Positions 11,229 through 24,200 of a DNA stretch of 64,000 nucleotides are shown one piece after another. The notes beneath the pieces were generated by a model that searched no databases, was not told where the DNA came from, and was given only the letters and a program-made list of their open reading frames with translations. Made by a program: the position numbers and the translations under genes. This DNA is from Wolbachia sp. GTDB taxonomy: Bacteria > Pseudomonadota > Alphaproteobacteria > Rickettsiales > Anaplasmataceae. Location: contig JBPETD010000001.1 of NCBI GenBank assembly GCA_051710285.1, positions 29,529 through 93,528 of the forward strand, written 5' to 3'. Position 1 is the first letter of the stretch. Each line of letters opens with the position of its first letter.

Positions 11229-14200
11229 ATGAGTATGAAGTTAAAGCATTATCCTGATACAACGAGTAGTCCTGATTTTTCATCGTTAGAAAAGGAAACC
11301 ATAAAGTTTTGGCAGGAAGGCAAAATTTTTGAGCGGTCAGTTGAGGAGCGTTCCAAAGACAATTGTTTTGTCTTTTATGATGGGCCTCCATTTGCAAATG
11401 GACTGCCACATTATGGGCATTTACTCACTGGTTTTATCAAAGATGCATTTGCAAGATATCAAACCATACTACAAAAAAGAGTTGAACGTAGGTTTGGTTG
11501 GGATTGCCATGGACTGCCGGCTGAGATGGGTGCGGAAAAGGAACTCGGAATATCCGGCAAAGCTGAGATAGAAAAATTCGGTATTGAAAAATTCAATAAC
11601 CATTGTCGTACTTCTGTGATGAAATTTTCATCAAAATGGGAAAAGTATGTAAATAGGCAGGCAAGGTGGGTAGATTTTCATAATGACTACAAAACCATGG
11701 ATAAGTCATTCATGGAGTCAGTTATGTGGGCATTTAAGCAGCTTTATAATAAGGGTCTATTGTATGAATCGGTGCGTGTTGTTCCATATAGCTGGGTATG
11801 TGAAACTCCATTGTCCAATTTTGAAACAAGGCTTGATAATGCATATAGAGAAAAGACTAGCAAAGCTGTAACTGTTGCATTTAAGCTTTTAGAAAATCCG
11901 CAGCAGTTTAAACAAAAATGTAAATTACTCGCTTGGACTACAACTCCTTGGACGTTACCAAGCAACTTGGCGCTGGCAATAGGGAAAGACATTGAGTATT
12001 GTGCAGTGTCAGTTTACTCCTTGGTGTCATCCAAGTGCGTGACGATGGAATCTAGAGAGAAAGAAACCTGGATTCCAGTGTCAAGCACTTGGATGACAGA
12101 GATGAGCGCTAAAATAACATCAGACCAACCTAATGAAATCTACATCTTCGCTGAAAGCTACCTGAAGAAGTTTATCAGCCACCTCGAACAAAACAATATT
12201 ACATATGAAAAGTACAATATAAAACTCAAAGCAGATGATCTTGTAGGTCTTTCTTATAAGCCACTGTTTGATTATTTTAAAGATACAAAAAATGCTTTCC
12301 GCGTTTTCATAGCAGATTATGTCACAGCAGAAGATGGTACTGGAATTGTGCACACTGCTCCTGGATTTGGTGAAGAAGATTTTTATCTTTGCCAAAGCCA
12401 TAATATTCCAGCCATTTGTCCAATTGATAACGGTGGAAAGTTTACTGCTGAAGTTTTAGATTTAGCTGGAATTCATGTTTTTGATACTAATGATATAGTA
12501 ATAAAGAAGCTGAAAGAACAGGGAAATTTGTTCAAAACTGAGCAATATATTCACAATTATCCACATTGCTGGAGAACTGATACTCCTTTAATCTATCGCA
12601 CTATGCCTTCTTGGTATATTGCTGTGACAAAATTCAAAAGCAGAATGGTAGAGCTAAATAAGAGAGTTAATTGGATTCCAAGTCATATAAGAGATGGTCA
12701 GTTTGGAAAATGGCTAGAAGGAGCACATGATTGGTCAATTTCACGTAATCGATTCTGGGGTACACCGATTCCAGTATGGAAATCAGACGATGCAAGATAT
12801 CCAAGGGTGGATGTTTATGGTTCGATACCGGAACTAGAGCGAGATTTTAATGTTAAGTTGGATGATTTGCACAGACCATTTATTGACACTTTGACAAGGC
12901 AAAATCCTGATGACCCAACAGGAAAATCAGTTATGCGTCGCGTGCCTGATGTATTTGACTGCTGGTTTGAATCTGGCTCAATGCCATTTGCACAAGTCCA
13001 TTATCCGTTTGAAAATAAAGAATGGTTTGAGAGTAATTTCCCGGCGGATTTTATCACTGAATATATAGCGCAAACCAGGGGTTGGTTCTATACACTTTTT
13101 GTGCTTTCAACTGCTTTATTTGACAGTGAGCCATTTAAGAACTGCATATGCCACGGTGTTGTTCTCGATGTAAAAGGGCAAAAATTATCCAAGCGTTTAA
13201 ATAATTATGCGGACCCAATGGAAGTGTTTGATAAATATGGCTCTGATGCACTGCGTTTTCTTATGCTTTCTGGATCTATTGTTTGTGGTGGTAATTTGCT
13301 ACTTGATAGAGAAGGAAACTTAATACGAAATGTTCTTAGAAACGTAATAAAGCCTATTTGGAATAGTTATCACTTTTTTACAATGTATGCAAATGCAGAT
13401 GGAATTAAAGCTGAAGTTTGTAAGGCTTACCAAAGCATTATTGATCGTTACATGATCTCCAAATGTTTTGAAGCTGTAGAAGGTATCAAAGATTCTATGA
13501 ACAATTATAATTCCCAAGAGGCTTGCAGAATTCTGATAGATTTTTTTGAAGTGTTAAATAATTGGTATATTCGACGCAGTCGTGAGCGTTTTTGGAAAAG
13601 TGATTTAGATCAGGATAAGACTGACGCTTATAATGTTCTATATAAGGTTTTTTATTACATACTTCGGGCTGCAGCTCCTTTATTGCCGCTTATAACGGAA
13701 ACTATATGGCAGGGGCTCAAATATCAAGAAACATCTGTTCATTTAACTTATTTTCCACAATTAGAAAAGTTTGATAGTGAGCTCATTGCTAAGATGGATT
13801 TGGTGAGAGAGATATGCAACTCTGCACTCTCTATCAGAAACACCTTTAATATACGTATCAGGCAACCACTTGGCAGTATGATCATTTATCACAAGTCTTC
13901 CTGTAGCTTTCTTAAAGGTAAACCGCTTTTTGTTATCCCAGAATTCTCTCCTATCATCCAAGTGCATGACGCTGGGATCCAGTGTGCTGGAGACTCAAAT
14001 GAATACCAAGAGATGATAAAAGATGAGGTAAATGTAAAAAGCTTGGAATTAGTAAATAGACTTGAAGATATTGCATCACTAGAGTTGAAACTAAATTTCC
14101 CACTACTTGGAAAAAGGGTTCCAGACAAAATCAAGAAACTAGTTCAATATGTCAAGGAAGAAAAATGGAGGCAAGTTGGAAATGAGCAAGTATTTTTAGG

Positions 14201-14591
14201 AGATGAATCAGAGAACTATATTATAGAAAAAGGTGAGTATGAACTATTATTAAAAGCAAACAGTAAATATTCATCTGCGTTTGATAATAACAAAGGAGTT
14301 GTTATTCTAAATACTGAACTAAATGATGAATTAATTCTAGAAGGGCTCGCGAGAGATGTCATGAGGCTCATCCAGGAAACTAGAAAACAAGCTGATTTTC
14401 ATATATCCGATAAAATCAGAGTAGCAATCAAAACAGAGGATGAGAAAATTAAAGAAGCGGTGAATATGTGGAGTGAGTATATAGAAGAACAGACTCTTGC
14501 CTTGTCTTTAGAAATTAATGTAGAAATTGAAACAAGCTTCTATTCCAAGGAATACCAAAATTTGATTGTTGGTATTAAGTTAGATTGTTAG
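11229..14591 (+). CDS. ileS: Isoleucyl-tRNA synthetase (type 2)
   Basis: DGPPFANGLPHYGH, GWDCHGLP, WTTTPWTLP, KLSKR (KMSKS equivalent). Confidence 0.97.
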   Translation: MSMKLKHYPDTTSSPDFSSLEKETIKFWQEGKIFERSVEERSKDNCFVFYDGPPFANGLPHYGHLLTGFIKDAFARYQTILQKRVERRFGWDCHGLPAEMGAEKELGISGKAEIEKFGIEKFNNHCRTSVMKFSSKWEKYVNRQARWVDFHNDYKTMDKSFMESVMWAFKQLYNKGLLYESVRVVPYSWVCETPLSNFETRLDNAYREKTSKAVTVAFKLLENPQQFKQKCKLLAWTTTPWTLPSNLALAIGKDIEYCAVSVYSLVSSKCVTMESREKETWIPVSSTWMTEMSAKITSDQPNEIYIFAESYLKKFISHLEQNNITYEKYNIKLKADDLVGLSYKPLFDYFKDTKNAFRVFIADYVTAEDGTGIVHTAPGFGEEDFYLCQSHNIPAICPIDNGGKFTAEVLDLAGIHVFDTNDIVIKKLKEQGNLFKTEQYIHNYPHCWRTDTPLIYRTMPSWYIAVTKFKSRMVELNKRVNWIPSHIRDGQFGKWLEGAHDWSISRNRFWGTPIPVWKSDDARYPRVDVYGSIPELERDFNVKLDDLHRPFIDTLTRQNPDDPTGKSVMRRVPDVFDCWFESGSMPFAQVHYPFENKEWFESNFPADFITEYIAQTRGWFYTLFVLSTALFDSEPFKNCICHGVVLDVKGQKLSKRLNNYADPMEVFDKYGSDALRFLMLSGSIVCGGNLLLDREGNLIRNVLRNVIKPIWNSYHFFTMYANADGIKAEVCKAYQSIIDRYMISKCFEAVEGIKDSMNNYNSQEACRILIDFFEVLNNWYIRRSRERFWKSDLDQDKTDAYNVLYKVFYYILRAAAPLLPLITETIWQGLKYQETSVHLTYFPQLEKFDSELIAKMDLVREICNSALSIRNTFNIRIRQPLGSMIIYHKSSCSFLKGKPLFVIPEFSPIIQVHDAGIQCAGDSNEYQEMIKDEVNVKSLELVNRLEDIASLELKLNFPLLGKRVPDKIKKLVQYVKEEKWRQVGNEQVFLGDESENYIIEKGEYELLLKANSKYSSAFDNNKGVVILNTELNDELILEGLARDVMRLIQETRKQADFHISDKIRVAIKTEDEKIKEAVNMWSEYIEEQTLALSLEINVEIETSFYSKEYQNLIVGIKLDC
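12025..12098. repeat. WPE palindrome translated in frame within ileS
   Basis: 31-bp arms TGTCATCCAAGTGCGTGACGATGGAATCTAG / CTGGATTCCAGTGTCAAGCACTTGGATGACA, 4 mismatches, 12-nt loop. Confidence 0.93.
13931..13982. repeat. Partial WPE in frame within the ileS C-terminal region
   Basis: TATCATCCAAGTGCATGACGCTGGGATCCAG arm preceded by partial arm TGTTATCCCAG; encodes VIPEFSPIIQVHDAGIQ. Confidence 0.85.
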
Positions 14592-14899
14592 GAGAATTTT
14601 TTTGTGATATGACTTCTGGTTTTAACGTTCCGCTGAATATATTTTGTTATAAAGGTATGACTCTGATTTTTGCTTCCTTGTATAACATACTAAGAGAAAT
14701 ATTTGATAAAATAAAGAGAATGTGTCAAGGAAACGGGTGTTAAATTTAGCTCTCTCAGTTTTAATACTCCTCCGTATTGCTTCTGTTTCATTGTGATTAG
14801 TAGTATATAACAGATCTAAAGCAGACGATAAAATACAAACTAGCCCGGAGGTAAATGAAGCAAAAAAAGTGAGATAGGTGAAAATACAGTAAAAAGATT

Positions 14900-17030
14900 G
14901 ACATATAGTGTTCATGCTGCAATAGAGATTCTCGTTAATATAGTTGTGGTTATCGCTTTAATTATTTTTGCAACATTAGCTTTGGCTACTTTTTATCTTC
15001 AAATAAGAAGTTATCTCATTCTTTGATTGCTACTGTTAAAATAGATAGTTGGTTGTATAAGAATGAGCATCTGAGTATTTAAGTATCTTTTCATTGGATG
15101 GCTGGTGAGTTAGACATTAGGTAGGACATGAAATCAAGTTTCCACCACAATTTGAACAGTTACAAAGATATTACATATGATAAACTGAAGGAGTTGTTGA
15201 ACTAGTTCAGACTGAAGCGGTGACAGTGTAGATTCTAAATTGACAAGTCACTTAATACAAGATGCTTACAGAGTTGCCTTTATACGAGCAATCATAATTG
15301 CACAGCAAAGAAGAAAAGAGGGTTTCATTAGAAGAAAGACTGGAAGAAGTATTAGTAGAACAAGAATTAAAAAGCCAAGGCAAGAAAATTACCAGCTGAA
15401 AAAGAGATTATAATAGAAGATTTAAAAACAGGAAAAAAGAAGTACCTTTACCTTAAAGGATAATAATCTTCTTCTATGCTTAGAACACTATGGAAATAGC
15501 TTATAACAGAAGGAAAATAGCTGAAAGGAGACAGTAATTGATGTTCGTAAAGATGTTTATCCTACAGAAATAAGGAAAGCTCTAAATAATGCTGAACAGT
15601 AGATTGAGCATTTTAGAAAATAAGTCGAGAGATGTGTAAAAATAGAAGAAAACATAAGATAGGAACAATAATTTAGAAGATCTTTTAAAATTTGAAGGTA
15701 GTGATCAAGAGGTTGAGAGAAGGCTAATAAGATCGGTAATAAAAAGAGCTAAAAGTGAATTGAGATAATTGAATATACTTGATAAAGAAGAGCAGAGTTT
15801 AGTGAGATGATTAACACAATCTATGTATGGTAATATCAAGTCAGGATAAGAAGAAGAGTCTAATGAAACGGCTTGAAGATTTAGAAAAGAGGTATAGGTT
15901 TTCTAATGAGGAAGCTTCAAATAAAGTGAATGATTTTGCAGAAAGAATGTATTTAGAAATAAAATAGCATAAAGTGTAAGGATCGTTTCAAGGATAAAAA
16001 GATGGTGTTTGATATTCATGTAAGGTATTGAAAAGGTATGAATCTGGCCTAGCAGAAACTGTAGAGACTTTTTGCAAGCATGATCTGAGATATTTAGAGG
16101 AAATCTACATTAGAATAAGCACTGAATGATCAGAATGAGCGTTTAAAAGCTAAGCTAAATAACAGGCAAAAGGTACGCCTGAGCATAGAGTCGATAAGAG
16201 AGCTCTTAAAAATAACCAACAAATCCTAGAAACATTAGAACAATTGGAGTTGAAAAAGAGGAATTTTTGATAAATGAAAAACAGAATATGATTACAAAGA
16301 AGAACTAACGTCTCGTGAAAAGATAAAATTTGCAATCATAGAAGATAAACTGTTAGAAATAATAAAGTCTTCTAGTAAAGACGAATTGTTAAAGACAATA
16401 GAAAAGCTTTTTATATGGGTAAATTGTTAGAAATAAAAAGACTTCTAAAGATAAGCCGTTGAAAGTAATAAGACAGGTAGCAATCAAGAGGTTATTAGAA
16501 AAGCAGAACTTGAATATTGTTTAGCAGAGAAATGTATTAAATATCACGTGATTGTGAAACGAAAAATAATATCAAACACTTTTGTCAGGCTTTATTATCT
16601 CCTTTAATAGGCAATTTGGTGGAGAAGATAATAAATCATATACCAAAGGATAATAAGAGTAGTGCATGGAATTTGACAAATTTTTATAAACGTGTTTGTA
16701 TAGCTGTTAATTATAATACACTTAGATTGTCAGCTATTGGAGACGAAAATAGTGCAGAAAAAGGCGTTAAAAGTGGCACGCGGCGTTTATAATGAAGTAA
16801 AGGAGTTCTTCGATATTTCGAGTCAAGTTATGAGGGAAGTGGATGGCTTGATAGGGTAATGTATTCTCCGATGACGGCGGAAACATTTAAAAAGGATATA
16901 TGGCCTAAAATAAAAGATCGTTTATGTGAAATGTTGAATGGATTTTTAATGATATTGAATTTTCATTGATTAGAATGATGAATCAAAAATGATAGCAAGG
17001 AACTAAATGAGGTAAGTATAATGTAGCTAC
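14900..17030 (+). pseudogene. Degraded large Glu/Lys-rich (coiled-coil) protein gene, N-terminal hydrophobic segment
   Basis: Purine-rich coding-like plus strand with E/K-rich fragments interrupted by many stops. Confidence 0.6.
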
Positions 17031-17038
17031 AGCAGGCT

Positions 17039-19690
17039 TTAACTGCTTAGTTCTTTCGCATCTGCTACTTTTCTGCAGATATCAGTAATGATATGATTTG
17101 TTTTATCACTATCACAGCCAATTTGAGCAAGTTCAGCGTTTCCACTGCAATCTCTTCCGATTACAGTAGATAATAACTCTTTTGCGCTGATCCTATCAGT
17201 TAAGTCTTTACTTACTTTGACAATCATCACTGTTTTGTTTCTTTCCGTTGCTGTGAAGGCTATTACAGTTTTTGTTCTTTGTTGCTGTAGAACAAATTCC
17301 CTTATTATACTTACTGGAATGTCAGTGAAAACGTGGCTTACGAAATTCATCCCATTTATTTTAGTGTTTTTTGTGTTCTCTGTGCTCACGAATTTTTTAT
17401 AAAGGTTTTTTATTTTAGCTTTGAATTCCTTACGCTCTTGGCCTAAAATACTGATTCGGCTTATTATTTCGTTTACTGGCGCTTTTACAGATTCTGCAAT
17501 TTTTTTCAAGTTGATTTCATTATCACGGACATAATTAATTGCTTCTTGACCGGTCAAAGCTTCGATCCTTCTTATTCCAGATGCAACAGAACATTCTGTC
17601 ACTATCTTAAACAAGCCAATTTCTCCAGCGCGTTCTACGTGCGTGCCACCACACAACTCCCTTGAATCTCCAATGCTTACCACTCTTACTTGATCGCCAT
17701 ACTTTTCGCCGAACAATGCCATAGCTCCTTCGCCTATTGCCTGATTCATGCTCTGAATTTTTGTAGACGTGGAAAGATTTTTTCTGATTAGAGAGTTTAC
17801 CATATCTTCTATTGTAAACAGCTGATCTTGAGTAACTTGAGTTTTGTGGCTGAAGTCAAATCTCAGTCTATCTGGCGCAACTAAGGAACCTTTTTGAGTA
17901 ATGTGATCACCAAAGATTTTTCTCAATGCAAAGTGCAGAAGATGTGTAGCTGAATGATTTTTTCTTAGGTCTTGCCTTCTCTCCTTATCAATAGTTGCTG
18001 TAATTGTATCACCTTTACAAATTGAGCCAGATTTAACCACGCACCTGTGCAGATACAGATCGTTAATCTTATTGGTGTTTTTCACTGTGGTTATACCTAG
18101 ATCTAGTGTCATTCCAGCGCGTGGTGCTGGCTGAATCCCAGTGTCAGCTACTTGTGTAACAGAAGAGATAATGAAACTTCCGGCGTCACCCACCTGTCCA
18201 CCTGATTCGGCATAAAAAGGTGTTTTATCAAGTATAATGGTTACCTTCTCTCCTTCTTTTGCAGAATCAATAATTTCATTTTTAGGAGAAATTATGGCTA
18301 TCACTTTTGCATCCATTACCTCACTAAACTCATAACCGACAAATTCTGTTTTGCCAAATCTATCGATCAAATCAAACCATATTTGCTCAACAGACTTTTC
18401 ACCAGATCCGGCCCATTTAGCACGTGCTCTCTCTTTTTGCTCTTTCATTGCGTTATCAAAACCTTTTTGGTCAAAATTTATTTTTCTCTCTTTTAAAATA
18501 TCAAGAGTGATATCCAGAGGAAACCCATAAGTATCATATAGCTTAAACGCCGATTCTCCTGGCAGAGTATCGCCTGGTTTTAAATCTGCAGTAAATCTTT
18601 CCAGAAGACTAATGCCTTTCATCAAAGTATCTTTAAAGTTCTCTTCCTCTGATTTTAATGTTGTCTCTACTGAGCTTTTGGCTCTAATTAGCTCAGGATA
18701 AACATCACCCATATAAGCTGAGCTTGAGCTATCTATCAGCACTGGAAAAATGCGATGGAGTAGAGAGTCATTATATCCAAGCAGATGGGTATAACGTGCA
18801 GCTCTCCTGATTAATCTGCGAAGTACGTAATTTTTGCCTTCGTTTCCAGGAAGTACCCCTTCTGCAATTAGAAATATGGCTGCACGAAGATGGTCCGCGA
18901 TGATTTTATGAGCTATTTTATTTTTTGTATTTCCACAAAGCTCTTGTGACTTGTTTATCAGAGCAGAAAATAGATCAATATCATAGTTATCATGAACGTT
19001 TTGCATGACAGCTGCTAGTCTCTCAAGGCCCATTCCAGTATCGATGCATTTTTTTTGTAATTTTTGTAAATTACCCTCTTCATCTTTATTAAATTCCATG
19101 AATACTAGATTCCAAATTTCAACAACTCTATCATCGTCTTGTAAGTTAGGTTTTGCATTGTCATAAAAAATTTCAGAACATGGACCGCATGGACCAGTAT
19201 TGCCCATGCTCCAAAAGTTGTCATCTGTTGCAATTCTGATGATTTTATCATCAGAAAAACCACTTACCTTGCGCCAAATCTTGTATGACTCATCATCAGT
19301 GTGATAGACAGTTATGGATAATCTATTTTTGTCAATGGACAGTTCTTCAGTAATGAATTTCCATGCAAGTTCTATTGCAGTTTCTTTAAAGTAATCGCCA
19401 AAACTAAAATTTCCGAGCATTTCAAAAAATGTATGATGACGAGTTGTATAGCCAACATTTTCAAGATCGTTGTGCTTGCCACCCGCTCTTAGACACTTTT
19501 GACTTGAGACAGCGTGTTTCATCTCAGTTTTTTGTAATCCGGTAAAGATGTTTTTAAACTGCACCATACCAGCATTTGTAAACATGAGTGTTGGATCATG
19601 CTCTGGGATCAAAGGAGAAGAAGAAACCTGCTTATGGTTGTTACTTATAAAAAACTTTATAAATCTTTCTCTAATTTCATTTATCTTCAT
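17039..19690 (-). CDS. alaS: Alanyl-tRNA synthetase
   Basis: [38 protein letters not shown], editing HSATH and CGGTH. Confidence 0.98.
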   Translation of the reverse strand: MKINEIRERFIKFFISNNHKQVSSSPLIPEHDPTLMFTNAGMVQFKNIFTGLQKTEMKHAVSSQKCLRAGGKHNDLENVGYTTRHHTFFEMLGNFSFGDYFKETAIELAWKFITEELSIDKNRLSITVYHTDDESYKIWRKVSGFSDDKIIRIATDDNFWSMGNTGPCGPCSEIFYDNAKPNLQDDDRVVEIWNLVFMEFNKDEEGNLQKLQKKCIDTGMGLERLAAVMQNVHDNYDIDLFSALINKSQELCGNTKNKIAHKIIADHLRAAIFLIAEGVLPGNEGKNYVLRRLIRRAARYTHLLGYNDSLLHRIFPVLIDSSSSAYMGDVYPELIRAKSSVETTLKSEEENFKDTLMKGISLLERFTADLKPGDTLPGESAFKLYDTYGFPLDITLDILKERKINFDQKGFDNAMKEQKERARAKWAGSGEKSVEQIWFDLIDRFGKTEFVGYEFSEVMDAKVIAIISPKNEIIDSAKEGEKVTIILDKTPFYAESGGQVGDAGSFIISSVTQVADTGIQPAPRAGMTLDLGITTVKNTNKINDLYLHRCVVKSGSICKGDTITATIDKERRQDLRKNHSATHLLHFALRKIFGDHITQKGSLVAPDRLRFDFSHKTQVTQDQLFTIEDMVNSLIRKNLSTSTKIQSMNQAIGEGAMALFGEKYGDQVRVVSIGDSRELCGGTHVERAGEIGLFKIVTECSVASGIRRIEALTGQEAINYVRDNEINLKKIAESVKAPVNEIISRISILGQERKEFKAKIKNLYKKFVSTENTKNTKINGMNFVSHVFTDIPVSIIREFVLQQQRTKTVIAFTATERNKTVMIVKVSKDLTDRISAKELLSTVIGRDCSGNAELAQIGCDSDKTNHIITDICRKVADAKELSS
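18107..18161. repeat. WPE in frame within alaS (loop deleted)
   Basis: TGTCATTCCAGCGCGTGGTGCTGG joined to CTGAATCCCAGTGTCAGCTACTTGTGTAACA; encodes [18 protein letters not shown]. Confidence 0.88.
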
Positions 19691-19859
19691 CGTTTTATTG
19701 AAATTATTTATGCATAATATGTTGTAATGAGAGTGAAATCAATTCATTGATTTAAATATTAACATATATTATATAATATAATAAAAGTAATACTTACATA
19801 AAAATTTTAATAAAAAGATATAGACTGAAACTTTCGATTTGCTAGTATAGTGAATACTA

Positions 19860-20460
19860 ATAAATTTAGAAGTAGATGTATAACAAAAAGATCAAAAACG
19901 CCTCACGAAGGAAAGAAATTATACCGTTTGAGGAGATGACAGCGGTTACTATTTTCTAGCTTGAAGACATAAAAAGGAAGAAAATTTACTTTCATTAAAA
20001 GGAGAGAATTTAACAATTGGTATTTTAGTATATTTAATAATTTATACAGGTTACGCTTTGTTGTTGGAATGACAAAAAAATTCCAACTCCTGAAGGGCAT
20101 TGTAGATTGATGATTAACAATATTATTTCAGATCTGAAGAGTGGGAGAATGAAAAGCAAAACAGAGTGTGATTTCAGAAAATTCGACGAAAGATATCTAA
20201 AGGATCTAGAAGGACTTTTAAGTCAAAAGACCACGAAAACTATTTTATAGAAAGAATCGCTATTGAAGAAGTTGAGTATGAGACGCAGCTACTGGGGTTG
20301 CTGATAGTACAACAACATTATTAGTAGCTGCTGTTATTGTTGGTGGATGATGGTTTTCCGTAAACAGAAGAAAGAGGATAGTTATGATGTTGAAAACTGA
20401 TGTAGAAAATGAAGTAGAAGTCCATTTTCTGAGGAGCAAAATTTTCTGCTTGATAAGTAA
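19860..20460 (+). pseudogene. Degraded hypothetical gene with C-terminal hydrophobic segment
   Basis: Coding-like fragments with stops; hydrophobic TTLLVAAVIVGG stretch. Confidence 0.4.
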
Positions 20461-20746
20461 ACATTGAGTCAGGAACATATCGATCTTTCTGACTTAATGA
20501 TATTTTAATCAGTATATAAAAGCCGCTATATTAGACTCTATTTATAAATTTTATTAGGGTAGAAATGGAGGAAGGATGGTGGCTTGGATTTACGATATAG
20601 AATTATTTAAGAGCATTCGTGAAAGTATGCGTATCAAGTAGTGATAAATGGTTTAAAACATAAACTTAGTAATTTGCTCTTAAAGGCCATTAGATTAGAC
20701 CTATTCATAACCTAAACCAAGCAGAGAAAAGCAATGATTGTTATGA

Positions 20747-20979
20747 TGTCATCCAAGCACCGAAATACAAGAAAAGGATGGTGTCATCCTGGTGCTCCGA
20801 CACTGTGATCCAGCATTCCATAATTATTAAAACTTAGTATTTTAACATAAAACAGCTATTTTTATACTCATCAACTTAATAAAATTCCTGGATGCCAGTA
20901 TCAGCTACTTGCATGACACCCTAGTGGTAGGCTCAAATTACAATGCTCGTGTAGTTGTGTGATTAACACTGGAATCTAG
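20747..20979 (+). mobile_element. MITE-like family A copy (right TIR 20941-20959, inner long-loop WPE), splitting an outer WPE arm
   Basis: Homologous to 55565-55792; right TIR followed by 9 nt then CTGGAATCTAG; outer arm start TGTCATCCAAG at 20747; left TIR missing. Confidence 0.8.
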
Positions 20980-20984
20980 GATAC

Positions 20985-21152
20985 TACTTTAGTTATAAAT
21001 ATTTAAAGAATTACCAAGCAAAAGCCCTGGCTAATATCTATTTTAACAACTTGGCATTAATATTCTATACGTTTAACAAGTAGCTGATCTTGCGTTGTTA
21101 TACACACAATCCTGTGGCAAGGAAACTGGCATAGGTTGTCAAGTAGTTTTTT
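20985..21152 (+). repeat. Dispersed intergenic element (family B, short subtype 3)
   Basis: Homologous to 46135-46335 and reverse complement of 35037-35207; ends GTCAAGTAGTTTTTT. Confidence 0.82.
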
Positions 21153-21230
21153 ATGTCGGAACTCTTGAATAAGTTTTGTCCTCACGAGTAAATTAATGCT
21201 ATTCTTTTATTACTAGTCTGAAGTTTTTTT

Positions 21231-24200
21231 ATGTTCATACACTTGCGTGTTCACAGTGTTTATTCACTGCTTGAGAGTTCGGTCAAAATTGAGGAGCTGA
21301 GTAGTCTTTGTTTGCTGAATAAAATGCCAGCAGTCACGATAACTGATTCAGGTAACTTATTTGGCTCACTCGAGTTTGCAGAATATGCATCAAGTAGAGG
21401 GATACAGCTAATAATAGGATGCAATATTATAGTTCGACACTCAGAGCAAAATCTACCTATACTGTTGCTTGCAAAAAACGAGCGAGGGTACGCTAATTTG
21501 GTCACTTTAGTGAGTGAGTCCTTTAGAAAGCGCGAAAATAGTAACGATATTCCTTGCGTTGATTTTAATGAGTTATTAAATTCAAGTTCAGACCTAATCT
21601 CCTTGACTGGTGGATATGACGGTATATTGGCTCAACTGTTATTGAAGCAAGATAAAGAAACGATAAAAAGACTACTCCTAGCATTCAATGGTCATTTATA
21701 TGTTGAATTGCAGCGTCATGGTCTTAATAAAGAGTTGGAGATCGAAGAAACCTTAATAGACTTTGCTTATCAGCACGATGTACCGCTGGTTGCAACGAAT
21801 GATGTATTTTTTCTCAATAGGTCTGATTATGAGGCTTATGATATATTAAGGTGCATATCAGAAGGAAGTTATGCTCTTGAGAATAACAGAAAGAAGCTAA
21901 CTACTGAGCATTATTTCAAATCTGTGGCGGAAATGGAGGAGCTATTTAGCGATATCCCAGAAGCGATTTATAACACTTCAGTAGTAGCAAGACGGTGCTC
22001 TTACATGCCAAGAAGTAGACAGCCTATTTTGCCTAAATTTCCTTGTCGAGAGAATAAAACTGAGAATGAGGAACTGAAAGAACAGGCAATTTCGGGGTTG
22101 GAACTTCGTATTGCGCAATCTTCTTCTGTCATTTCATCACATGATGCTGGAATCAAGGAAAAAAGAAATATGGATCCCAGTATCAAGCACTGGGATGACA
22201 CCCATGATGTTGATTTTAAGCAATACCGCGATCGGCTAAATTATGAACTAAGCGTAATAATTTCAATGGATTACGCTGGCTACTTTTTAATAGTTTCTGA
22301 TTTCATTCGTTGGAGCAAGGCGAATGGCATTCCAGTTGGTCCAGGAAGAGGTTCTGGTGCTGGATCAATTGTTGCTTGGGCGATGCAGATTACAGATCTT
22401 GATCCAATAAAATTTGGTCTGATCTTTGAAAGATTTTTAAATCCTGATCGTATATCAATGCCTGACTTTGACATCGATTTTTGCCAGGAAAAGAGAGATT
22501 TAGTTATTGACTATGTTCGTAAAAAATATGGTTATGTTGCTCAAATAATCACTTTTGGAAAATTACAGGCAAGAGCCGTGCTGCGCGATGTTGGAAGGGT
22601 ATTGCAGATGCCTTATGCTCAGGTGGACAAAATATCTAAAATGGTTCCGTTTAATCCGGTAAATCCTGTAACTTTATCACAAGCGATAGAGCTTGATCAA
22701 AATCTGCAGAAAGAAAGGGATAGTGATGAAGTAATTGCAAAACTCCTTGATATCTCTCTTAAGCTTGAAGGGATATATCGTTACGTTTCAACTCATGCGG
22801 CTGGAATTGTGATATGTGATCAAAAGTTAGAAAATTTTGTTCCTGTTTATTATGATCCAAATTCAGCTCTACCAATTACTCAATACAGCATGAAATATGT
22901 GGAGAAGGCTGGACTAATAAAGTTTGATTTTCTTGGACTTGGTACATTGACGTTGATAGATCATATATGTCGTTTAATTAATCGTAATGAAAGAAAAATT
23001 GACATTTCCTCGATTCCTTTAGATGATCAGAGAACCTACGAATTGATCTCAAGAGGTGATTCAATTGGAGTGTTCCAGCTTGAAAGCTCTGGAATGAGAG
23101 AAGCTTTAATCAAGCTAAAACCAGACTGTATTGAAGATATCATCGCTTTGATTTCCCTTTATCGTCCAGGGCCGATAGATAACATTTCAACTTATGTTGC
23201 AAGAAAGCACGGGCTTGAAAAACCAGATTATATTCATCCATTACTCGAGAGGGTATTAAAAGAAACATTTGGAGTAATAATTTACCAAGAGCAGGTAATG
23301 GAAATAGCACGTATTCTCTCTGGATATAGCTTAGCTGAAGCAGATCTACTAAGACGTGCTATGGGTAAGAAAATCAAAGAAGAGATGGATAAACAACGTG
23401 AACTTTTTATCCAAGGAGCAACGAAAAATGGTGTTGATTATGATAGGGCAAGTTATATTTTTGACCTTGTTGCAAAATTTGCTGGTTATGGATTTAATAA
23501 ATCTCACGCAGCCGCATATGCAGTTATATCTTACCAAACAGCTTACCTTAAAGCTAACTATCCATTGGAATTTTTCATAGCCTTGATGAATTTGAATATC
23601 GATGACAGAGACAAACTGAATCTATTTTATCATGCTGCAAAATTCAGTGGAGTTTCTGTTCTTTCACCTGATATAAATAAATCTAAGGCTGAATTTTTAA
23701 TAGAGGATGAACGAATACGCTGCGGCATTGCTGCTTTGCGTAATGTTGGTTTTTCTATAGCAGAAGGAATAGTGAACACACGTTCAAGCGCTTATAAGGA
23801 CATATGGGAATTCATTCAAAATTCAGGTCATATAATAAATAAAAAAGTATTAGAAAGCCTAATTAAGTCTGGAGCATGTGATAGTGTGCATCAAAACAGA
23901 AAGCAGCTATATGAGTCAATAGACACATTGATTTACTTTGCAAATAAAAATAGGCAGGATAAGGAATCGAATCAAGCTGTTTTGTTTGGCAATCTTGATG
24001 TTCTCAAGCCAAAACTTGAGGATGTAGAAGACTTCAATGAAGATGAAAAATTAGAACATGAGTTATTTTCGTTGGGATTTTACTTAACTAATCACCCACT
24101 TGAGAAATTTAGAGCCCTTTTGAAAAAATTAAATATTGGATTTATCGGAGAAGGTAAGACGACAAAAACTGCTGGCGTAATATTAAATGCACGTATGAGG

